Below, in pieces: positions 55,447-62,948 of a stretch of DNA of 64,000 nucleotides. Numbering within the stretch: position 1 is the first letter of the stretch; the number at the start of each line of letters is the position of its first letter. The stretch is from a virus: IMG/VR virus record IMGVR_UViG_3300035092_000015, positions 16,876 to 80,875 of that record. One strand, written 5' to 3'. The translations under genes and the position numbers were made by a program. The notes beneath the pieces are model-generated. The model made no database searches, had not been told where the DNA came from, and was given only the letters and a program-made list of their open reading frames with translations.

Positions 55447-55643
55447 TGTCGGTCGGTGAACCGTGGCAGGACAAGAACGGCCAGTGGATGGTCCCGACCC
55501 GGGTTGAAGGCGACGACGAGGACGACCAGCGGGTGGTGGGGATGGGTTGGGCTCCGTTGACCCCGGACCATCCGTTGTACGAGCAGTGGCTGCAGTACAT
55601 CCGGGCCGGTTGGGCACGCGAGGTCGACGCCCGGATCAGCTAG
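55446..55643 (+). CDS. small acidic protein
   Basis: GAGGAGG RBS; TAATG coupling to the peptidase gene. Confidence 0.7.
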   Translation: MSVGEPWQDKNGQWMVPTRVEGDDEDDQRVVGMGWAPLTPDHPLYEQWLQYIRAGWAREVDARIS

Positions 55644-55712
55644 AATGGCAGGATCCCCCGGGATGGGGGGGCTGGCGTGATGCCGGCACTTTTGCGAACA
55701 GGAGCGGTCGGG

Positions 55713-56504
55713 ATGACCAGACGAGACGGCGCGATCGTGGCCGGGCCGGACGACGACGACCTGGACCCCAACGGCCCGGACGATGACGACGAGCTCGACG
55801 AGGACGAACTGGAAACACCGCCGGCCCAGCAGCAGGGGCCGACCCGTGAGGAGCTTCTGGCGGAGGTCCAGCGGCTGCGCCGGGGCAACACCCGCAACAA
55901 CCGGGAGCTGCAGAAAACCCGCCAGGTCACGGCGTGGATGAAGAAACACGGCATCGTCGACCTCGAGCAGTGGCTGGCCGACCAGCAGACCCCGTCCGGT
56001 AGCCCCGGAGAGGTATCTGGGAGCCCCACGGAGACACTCGGAACGCCACCCGGGCATGTCGATAACCCTCCGGCCCCTCCAGCGCCTCCGGCGCCGCCTG
56101 CGCCGAACGAGGCGGAAGTCGAACGGCGGGTCCGGCTCGAGTTGGAGCGGCAGCGGGCGCAGGACGAAGAGCGGGTCGACAAGCTCACCAACTCGCTGCG
56201 CGCGAGCGCCATCCAGGCAGCCCTGTCCGGCGCCCGGTTCAGCGGGACCGTCGCGACCGCGTTGAAGGTCATCGACCAGTCGAAGATCGAGGTCGACGCC
56301 GACGGGAACGTCACCGGGGTCGATGACGCTGTGGCCGAACTGCGCGCTGAGATCCCCGAATGGTTCCGCCGCCCCACCCAACCCACGGCCAGCAGTCCGA
56401 CCCGCAACGGCGGCGCGGTCGACGGTGGGGAGAAGCGCCCACCACCTGCGAAGCCGCGACGTTGGGAAGACCAGATCGTTGACCGGTGGCGAGGCGGCCG
56501 GTAA
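55713..56504 (+). CDS. capsid scaffolding protein
   Basis: AGGAG RBS; acidic N-terminus, coiled coil, ELRAEIPEWF; upstream of capsid gene. Confidence 0.78.
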   Translation: MTRRDGAIVAGPDDDDLDPNGPDDDDELDEDELETPPAQQQGPTREELLAEVQRLRRGNTRNNRELQKTRQVTAWMKKHGIVDLEQWLADQQTPSGSPGEVSGSPTETLGTPPGHVDNPPAPPAPPAPPAPNEAEVERRVRLELERQRAQDEERVDKLTNSLRASAIQAALSGARFSGTVATALKVIDQSKIEVDADGNVTGVDDAVAELRAEIPEWFRRPTQPTASSPTRNGGAVDGGEKRPPPAKPRRWEDQIVDRWRGGR

Positions 56505-56642
56505 GATCGAGCCTGGGTTCACACCCCCCCTCAACCGCCCCCGCGCAAAACCCTCCGGGGACCTGGACAGCGAGCCGCCCCCGTGCTCGCCGGTGGTCCG
56601 GTCGGCGCGGGGGCGGCCCTATCCCGGGGTGAACCTGTGGGA

Positions 56643-57167
56643 TCAGACGTCCGGCGTGACTTCCTCGTCCGGGGAGTCGGTCGCCGCGAAACCCTCCGCC
56701 GCGCCGGCCGTGACGTTGATCGTGTCCTCGATCACGACCGGGGCGCCGCCGCCGTCCGGGGTGGCCGTGAACGTGAGCGCAGCCGCGCCGAGCGCGCCGC
56801 TGCCGACCGCCGCGATGACCGCGCTGCCGTCGCCGTTGTCGGTGACGTTGATCAGCTCCGGGTTGGCGGTGGTGAACACCTGGGTGCCGACGAACGGCGC
56901 GCTGGCCGGAGCGCCGAACTCGTCGACCGGGGCGTAGGTGCGGGTGAACTTCTTGTCCTGGGCGAGGTCACGCACGGTGTGGATCCTTCCATCTGTGGTG
57001 GGTACCGCTGGGGTGCTGTTCGGCACCCGGTCGGATGCGACGGTGTCTCTGTCAGTCCCGTCGTGCAGCTGGAACTGGGGGCGTCGGCCCTTGACAATGC
57101 GTCGCACCTGGAGAAAGGTGTCACCCTCGTCGGTGATCTGCCCCAGCGGGTAGAGGTCGCTTAGCAC
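56643..57167 (-). CDS. antisense-oriented protein with Ig-like beta-rich C-terminus
   Basis: GAGAGGGGAG RBS before GTG 57167; Thr/Gly/Ala beta-rich sequence; start uncertain. Confidence 0.55.
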   Translation of the reverse strand: MLSDLYPLGQITDEGDTFLQVRRIVKGRRPQFQLHDGTDRDTVASDRVPNSTPAVPTTDGRIHTVRDLAQDKKFTRTYAPVDEFGAPASAPFVGTQVFTTANPELINVTDNGDGSAVIAAVGSGALGAAALTFTATPDGGGAPVVIEDTINVTAGAAEGFAATDSPDEEVTPDV

Positions 57168-57349
57168 TGCGCCGGCTCCCCTCTCTTGTCTCCGGCATCG
57201 TACCACCGGCTACCGTCGGCTGCCCGTTCGTACCGGTCGGCTATCCGCCGTTCGGTCACCCGTGGGTACGATCGCCCCCCGGTGTTCACCCTCCGCCCAG
57301 CAGAACACCCCCCGGCCCGTCCGCGACGGGCGGTGCAGACGCGGCCGGA

Positions 57350-57580
57350 TCACCGCCTGCGACGGCGGGCCGGCGCCCGGCGCTTCTTGCCCCCAACCGC
57401 CATGCTCGGGTACCTCGCCCGGACCGCTGCCGCAACCCGCGCATATACCCCGTTGCGCCGTGCATAAGCCAACGCCGCCCTAGCGTGAGCCCGATCATGG
57501 ATCGGGTACTTACGCGTCTTCGGGTACACGAACGCACTCGCCGGTAGTGCGCGGCGAGAAGCAGCCGTCAACTTCGCCAT
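57350..57580 (-). CDS. small basic protein (DUF6582-like)
   Basis: LPASAFVYPKTRKYPIHDRAHARAAL; poly-Arg tail. Confidence 0.7.
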   Translation of the reverse strand: MAKLTAASRRALPASAFVYPKTRKYPIHDRAHARAALAYARRNGVYARVAAAVRARYPSMAVGGKKRRAPARRRRR

Positions 57581-57612
57581 ACGACCAACGGTACCCCCGA
57601 CGCACCACGTGT

Positions 57613-57618
57613 TACAAT
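57613..57618 (+). promoter_or_regulatory. -10 element upstream of the capsid operon
   Basis: TACAAT in the intergenic gap about 140 nt before the capsid start. Confidence 0.45.
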
Positions 57619-57756
57619 GGCAGCGGCAGAGCACCTGTTCGACCTCGTGTCAAGTGGCTGCGACCCTGCCGGTTCGTGATGAACCCGGCCCCTGCTCGCG
57701 ATGAGCGAATCCCAGCAATCTCGGATCTCGCTGCGACAGCGGGAAGGAGTCTACAC

Positions 57757-58839
57757 GTGAGCAAGACTGCACTGCCCGAATGGGTCATCGGCCTCGACGA
57801 GAGCAACGAGGGCCCCCAGTATCGCCCTGGCACCATCGTCGGGTTCCGCAAGGACGGCACCCCGCTGTACATGGTGGCCGGTGGCGCCGCCGCGAACGTC
57901 GCCGACTGGATCCCGATCGAGTACGACTCGGAGGTCATCCAGCGGGTCCTGATGGAGTCCGCGATCGAGCGGTTCGGCAGCCGCGTCCCGATGCGGTCCA
58001 AGACCAAGTCGATCCCCCGCTCCGCAGGGATCACGGTCACCGCCGGGACTACCTACGTCGACGACACCTCGACCAACGACGAGGTCACCATCACCGCCCG
58101 CCGGTTCATCGCCCGGTTCAAGATCGACGAGGACGACCTCGCCGACGCTTCGACCCGCATGGACGTGATCCGGACCAAGGGCATCGACTGGGCGATCTCG
58201 TACGCCGATGTGTTCGACAACGCGTGTCTGGCGGTCACCGGCGCCGAGAACGGCACCACCGTCCCGTTCACCTCGGTGTACCGGGCGCTGCGTTCGACCA
58301 ACTCCGACACCAGCTACACCGCCGACGACAACTACCTGACCTGGGACGACGACCTGATCAACATCGCGTCGACCCCGCTCGGGACGTCGCTGTACGAGAA
58401 GCTGTCGGCTCTGTTCAAGAAGGTCGAGACCGGCAAGTACTGGTCGCCGGCCGACATGCTCGTCATCGCCCACCCAGGGTGGCGTGACGCGCTGCGGCTG
58501 TGCCTGGACTCGCAGGGCCGGCCGATCTTCCAGCCGGGTGTCGGGTTCGGTCTGCCGGGCAACGGCACCCCGGATGCGCTGTTCAACACCCCGATCGTGT
58601 GGACCCGTGGCGCGAAGACCAGCCCGACCAACACCGGTTCGCCGGGCGGCAACGACGTGCTGTTCTTCGCGAACGCTCGGTTCCTCAAGCGCGGTGACCG
58701 GTCGGGCCCGGAGACGCTGACCGACGACGCGCGGGCGCAGGACGACACCGACGACTACGCGATCAAGTTCCGCACCCGTCGCGGGTTCGTGGTCGCGCAC
58801 GAGAAGGCGATGGCGGTTCTGGAGCGCATCACCGACTAA
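57757..58839 (+). CDS. major capsid protein (HK97 fold)
   Basis: AAGGAG RBS; WIPIEY..EVI, FDNACL..TG, DSQGRPIF, AIKFRTRRGFVV; position after scaffold. Confidence 0.88.
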   Translation: MSKTALPEWVIGLDESNEGPQYRPGTIVGFRKDGTPLYMVAGGAAANVADWIPIEYDSEVIQRVLMESAIERFGSRVPMRSKTKSIPRSAGITVTAGTTYVDDTSTNDEVTITARRFIARFKIDEDDLADASTRMDVIRTKGIDWAISYADVFDNACLAVTGAENGTTVPFTSVYRALRSTNSDTSYTADDNYLTWDDDLINIASTPLGTSLYEKLSALFKKVETGKYWSPADMLVIAHPGWRDALRLCLDSQGRPIFQPGVGFGLPGNGTPDALFNTPIVWTRGAKTSPTNTGSPGGNDVLFFANARFLKRGDRSGPETLTDDARAQDDTDDYAIKFRTRRGFVVAHEKAMAVLERITD

Positions 58840-58958
58840 CGGCACCCCCCCGTTCTCGGGGGCCGGTGTTTCGGGGACCCCGACCCCCGAGCCCGGCCCC
58901 CGAGCCGTATCCGGCTGGTACACTGGTGGCGATCGGACAACCAAGTCGGGAGGATCCA

Positions 58959-59420
58959 GTGGGAGTGTACGACGATTGGCGGCAGCCGCAGCTGCAGGCC
59001 GAGGCTGGCAAGCGGGGTCTGTCCGCAGGCGGGTCGAACGACGAGATCAAGGCTCGACTCGAGCAGGACGACGACGAGAAGCGGATCGCGGCGCTGCTCG
59101 GCGACGACACGGCACCGCCGGAGACCAGCCCGGCCCAGCCAGCCAGCCAACCCACTGCGACCCCACCCGCAGCTCCCCCAGAGCCAGCAGCGACCCAGGC
59201 CGAACCGACGCCGCCACCGCACGAATACACCGCCCGATATGAATGTCGCGGCGAGCTGTCGACCGGGACCCACGAAGACAACCGGTTCCGCGCCTACGAG
59301 CAAGCCATCCGCGACGGATACGTCCCGCGCGGTGGGCTGTCGGCGGTGTACCGGTCCGGATTCGAAACCGTCAACGGCGTCCGGCACGCAGTGTACAAGG
59401 TGACCCTCAAGAAGCAGTAG
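58959..59420 (+). CDS. SAP/HeH-like domain protein
   Basis: GGAGG RBS; YDDW..PQLQAE..KRGLS.GGS..EIKARL. Confidence 0.65.
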   Translation: MGVYDDWRQPQLQAEAGKRGLSAGGSNDEIKARLEQDDDEKRIAALLGDDTAPPETSPAQPASQPTATPPAAPPEPAATQAEPTPPPHEYTARYECRGELSTGTHEDNRFRAYEQAIRDGYVPRGGLSAVYRSGFETVNGVRHAVYKVTLKKQ

Positions 59421-59430
59421 GAGGCCGCCG

Positions 59431-59877
59431 GTGACCGAGCCACTCGAGGCGTGGGCCGACAGCGACGACGTGGACCTGTTGACCGGCGTCACCGTCGACG
59501 ACGACGCTGTCCTGCGCGCCCAGGACATCATCGAGATCTTCGCCGGCACCACCTGGCTGGCCACCGACCAGATCTCCCAGCGGAACCTGCGGCTGTTGAA
59601 CCGGGCCGTGGCGTACCAGACCGCGTGGATGGCCAGCCGACCCGACATGTACAGCCATTTCGACGTCGACACCGTTTCGCAGGACGGGGCCAGCTTCACC
59701 CCCGCCACCGTGAACGCCCAGCTTCTCGCCCCGCTCGCGCAGCGGTGTCTGCGCCGGCTCACCTGGGGTTGGAAGCCGCTGCGGGTCCGGCGCGGCTACA
59801 ACGAACCGGACTACAACGACCTGGGGCCGCGTGACTCGGCAGTGGCCGACGACAACAAGGTCTGGACCCCGATGTGA
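59431..59877 (+). CDS. head-to-tail adaptor
   Basis: synteny; LNRAVAYQTAW, LAPLAQRCL. Confidence 0.7.
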   Translation: MTEPLEAWADSDDVDLLTGVTVDDDAVLRAQDIIEIFAGTTWLATDQISQRNLRLLNRAVAYQTAWMASRPDMYSHFDVDTVSQDGASFTPATVNAQLLAPLAQRCLRRLTWGWKPLRVRRGYNEPDYNDLGPRDSAVADDNKVWTPM

Positions 59878-60209
59878 GAGCAGTCGCCACCACCACCATA
59901 TCGATCCTGCGCGGCACCGTCACCGATGGCTACGGCGACACGGTGGACGACAACACCGGGCAGCCGGTCGCGACCGGGGTGCCGGCGTCGATCCTTGAAC
60001 AGAACCGGCGGGTGTTCCTGCCGGCCGAGCAGGCATTCCGGATTGTCCGGACCTATGCCGGGCGGGTCGGCCCCGAGATCGACATCCGCAAAGACGACCG
60101 GGTGAAAGACGAACAGACCAACACCGTCTACCTGGTGACCGACCTGTCAGATCCGCACGCGTCACCGCTGCACCCCGACTATCAACTCCAGCTGTCCCGC
60201 ACCACCTGA
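59874..60209 (+). CDS. head-to-tail stopper
   Basis: synteny; TDGYGD, DRVKDE..VYLV. Confidence 0.65.
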   Translation: MRAVATTTISILRGTVTDGYGDTVDDNTGQPVATGVPASILEQNRRVFLPAEQAFRIVRTYAGRVGPEIDIRKDDRVKDEQTNTVYLVTDLSDPHASPLHPDYQLQLSRTT

Positions 60210-60300
60210 TGCTACAATCGGGCTAGACAGGGGGATCCTCGGGCGGGTCAACCGACCGCCCCTGCGGAGCAGTCCGGCTTGGTAGACAGGCGGGTGAGCA

Positions 60301-60690
60301 GTGGTCGTTATCTACGTCGAGAGCCCGCTCGCCCAGGTGCACATCGACGATATCCGTGGCGACCTGCGTGAGTGGCTTGCGAAAGAAATCGCCGCCGACG
60401 CCCGCCGGTACGCCCCTGTCCGCACCGGCTACCTGTCGACCCACATCTGGCCCAACCGCGACTCGAGCCGGGTCATCGCCTCCGGCGCCGGTATGCCCCC
60501 CAACGCTGACGCCCCCGCCTACGTCGAATACGGCACCCGGCCACACGACATCCCGAACGCATTCGGGTGGGGCTTCACCGCCCACCACCCCGGCACCCAC
60601 CCGCAGCCGTACCTGCGGCCAGCTGCGTACACCCGGCGGGTCATCCCACCGTCGGCGGTCCATTCGATCTCCAACCGGGCACCGCGATGA
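60301..60690 (+). CDS. HK97 gp10-like neck protein
   Basis: APVRTGYL, YVEYGT, HHPGT.PQPYLRPA. Confidence 0.85.
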   Translation: MVVIYVESPLAQVHIDDIRGDLREWLAKEIAADARRYAPVRTGYLSTHIWPNRDSSRVIASGAGMPPNADAPAYVEYGTRPHDIPNAFGWGFTAHHPGTHPQPYLRPAAYTRRVIPPSAVHSISNRAPR

Positions 60691-61157
60691 GCACCCCGCT
60701 GCTGCCCACCGCCGAACTGGTCGCCGTCAGGTGGCTGCTCGCCGCTGTGTCCGGGTTAACCGGGAAAGTCGCCACCACCCTGCCCGACACGCCATGGACC
60801 GACAACGAGTTCGTCCAGGTCATGGCCGTCGGCGGCAGCCCCGACCCGGACGTGCCGATGTTCCACCCGGTAGTCACCGTGAATGTCTACGCGGAGAAAC
60901 CCGGCAGCCGCAAACCGCCGTGGGGGCAAGCGTTCCAGCTGGCGCAGCGGATCGTGATGGCCACCTACACTAAACGGTGGGCGCCCGACCCGGCGGTCGA
61001 ACTGACCGGGCTGCCGGCCAACTACGGCCGGGCAGTGGTCGGGTCGGTGTTCCCGGTCAGCGAGATCCGCAAGCTCCCGTCGGACCCGTCGCAATACGCG
61101 GTGTACACGGTGGATCTGCAGTTCAACTGGGTCCCCGCATCGGTGGTGATCGCATGA
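60687..61157 (+). CDS. tail terminator protein
   Basis: synteny; VATTLP, FVQVMAVGG. Confidence 0.75.
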   Translation: MSTPLLPTAELVAVRWLLAAVSGLTGKVATTLPDTPWTDNEFVQVMAVGGSPDPDVPMFHPVVTVNVYAEKPGSRKPPWGQAFQLAQRIVMATYTKRWAPDPAVELTGLPANYGRAVVGSVFPVSEIRKLPSDPSQYAVYTVDLQFNWVPASVVIA

Positions 61158-61399
61158 GTCGCACCGTGTCGGACCGGTACGGGCTGGTCGGTGCCTCGTC
61201 GGGGCAGCTGCTGACCTACCAGGGCAGGGCGATCCTGCACGACAACCGGCGGGAGATGGAGTTCCTGTTCCCCAACACCCGGGTCGTCCGGGTCACCCGG
61301 GGCGAGTTGGGCCAACCGTGGATGTGGCTCAAACATCACCCGGCGATGGAGAAGACTACGTTCCCGCTGCAACGGGAGGAGTTCGTCGATGCCCGGTAG
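61154..61399 (+). CDS. hypothetical protein
   Basis: ATGA overlap; LLTYQGRAILHDNRREMEFLFP. Confidence 0.65.
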   Translation: MSRTVSDRYGLVGASSGQLLTYQGRAILHDNRREMEFLFPNTRVVRVTRGELGQPWMWLKHHPAMEKTTFPLQREEFVDAR

Positions 61400-61601
61400 A
61401 CGTGGGCACCACCGGGGCAGTCACACCTACCCGGGGTTCCGCAGCAAGAAGCAATGGCGGTGGGCGTTCGCCACCCACCAGAAGTTCGCCCACAAGTGGG
61501 CGCACGAGACACCCGGCGGCAAGAAGGTCAGGTACCGGCGGCTGCCGACCCGGGTCGGCCGTCCGACAGCACGAACGCTACGCAGCAAGAAAGGAAGATG
61601 A
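61389..61601 (+). CDS. small basic protein
   Basis: GGAGG RBS; FRSKKQWRWAFA...FAHKWAHET. Confidence 0.7.
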   Translation: MPGRRGHHRGSHTYPGFRSKKQWRWAFATHQKFAHKWAHETPGGKKVRYRRLPTRVGRPTARTLRSKKGR

Positions 61602-61604
61602 GCA

Positions 61605-62189
61605 ATGGCCGTAACCGTGCTGAACCTGATCCAGGGACCCGGCACTCTCTACAAGGGTACGCAGTATTCGAACACGACTGCGTACACCACCACCGCAGAG
61701 CCGTTGGACGCGGCAGTCAACACCACCCCCCAATCGTCGTCGTGGACCGACGTCGGCGGGACCCGGGATGGTGTGACGATCGAGATCGGCCGGGAGTACT
61801 CGGAGCTTGAGGTTGACCAGCTGGTCGACACCCCGGACCGGCGGATGACCAAGCGGGAGATGAGCATCGCCACCAACCTGGCGGAGGCGACGCTGGAGAA
61901 CTACGCTCTGGCGAACAACGAATCCCCCCCGACCACCGCGTCCGGTTACAAGGTGACCGAGCCGGTGACGACCACGGCGGCGACCCAGCCGACGTTCGTC
62001 CCGTTGATCTTCGACGGGTTCGCGCCGACGGCGTTCCGGCGGCGGGTCATCGGCCGCAGGATGTTGTCCACCGAGCCGGTGCAGGTCGCGTACAAGAAGG
62101 ACGGGCAGACGGTCTACGCGGTCAAGTGGGCGTCGCATTACGTCTCGTCCAGCATCGCACCGTACAAGTTCGTCGATCAGACTTCGTAA
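61605..62189 (+). CDS. major tail (tube) protein
   Basis: NLIQGPGTLY, WTDVGGTRDGV, VDQ, TNLAEATLEN. Confidence 0.85.
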   Translation: MAVTVLNLIQGPGTLYKGTQYSNTTAYTTTAEPLDAAVNTTPQSSSWTDVGGTRDGVTIEIGREYSELEVDQLVDTPDRRMTKREMSIATNLAEATLENYALANNESPPTTASGYKVTEPVTTTAATQPTFVPLIFDGFAPTAFRRRVIGRRMLSTEPVQVAYKKDGQTVYAVKWASHYVSSSIAPYKFVDQTS

Positions 62190-62206
62190 CCCCAGGAGAA
62201 CAGGAC

Positions 62207-62611
62207 ATGACTATGGTCGGGGAGTCGGCAGGCGGCAGCGGCGGCGGGTTCTCGGTGAACCCGTCGCTGTTGGCCGACGGCGATGAGGAGACAGCAGACG
62301 GTGGGCTGCCGGACGGGGTGTACCCGGAAGGCACCGTGGTCCCGCCGGAGCGGGAGGAGCTTTTCCGGGTCGAAGGGAAGATCTACACGGTCCCGAAGAG
62401 GATCGACCCGGGGATCGCGTTCCGGTATATGAAAAGCGTCCGCAAGGGCAGAGGCGACCAAGCCGCCGCCGACATGTTGTATGACGTGCTCGGCGAGGCC
62501 GTGATCGATGTCCTGGCTGCGGACAAACTGGACCAGGACCAGGTGGCGGCGGTGATGAAGGCGGCCGAGAAGTACGCCATGTCGGCCATCCGCAAGACCC
62601 TGGGAAACTGA
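62207..62611 (+). CDS. tail assembly chaperone (G-like)
   Basis: AGGAG RBS; ends at slippery GGGAAAC-TGA. Confidence 0.78.
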   Translation: MTMVGESAGGSGGGFSVNPSLLADGDEETADGGLPDGVYPEGTVVPPEREELFRVEGKIYTVPKRIDPGIAFRYMKSVRKGRGDQAAADMLYDVLGEAVIDVLAADKLDQDQVAAVMKAAEKYAMSAIRKTLGN

Positions 62612-62934
62612 TCCAGCGCGCCGCCGAGATGTCCTGGATGCTGGACCTGGACTACGACATCGAGTCCGACCTGCACCGGTTCCACGGGCTGGAGGTTGAC
62701 CTCGACGAGGACCAGTACGCCGGGCTGTCGGCGGAGCGGCTGTTCGGCCTGATCGAACGGCTCGGCGCCTACGACGGCGCGCTGGCAGGCAGGATCCACC
62801 AGCTGGTGGAGGAACAACGGGCACAACACCCAAGCGCCCAGGCTCTGCAAAAGCCCGGGACGACCCAGATCGACGCGACCACAGCAGACGTCGCCGAGCA
62901 ACTGGGTGATTGGGTGGAGATCTCTAAGGTGTAG
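62602..62934 (+). CDS. tail assembly chaperone -1 frameshift extension (GT-like)
   Basis: GGGAAAC 62602-62608; the -1 frame is open through DIESDLHRFH..RLGAYDGAL to 62934. Confidence 0.72.
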   Translation, partial: GKLIQRAAEMSWMLDLDYDIESDLHRFHGLEVDLDEDQYAGLSAERLFGLIERLGAYDGALAGRIHQLVEEQRAQHPSAQALQKPGTTQIDATTADVAEQLGDWVEISKV

Positions 62935-62948
62935 GCGGGAGGCGGAAG

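Noticed and set aside
29404-55617. Many long minus-strand and alternate-frame ORFs (e.g. 29404-31038, 40042-41580, 48559-50211, 53719-55617)
   Set aside because: Arg/Pro/Gly-rich shadow ORFs typical of high-GC DNA, overlapping well-supported coupled genes.
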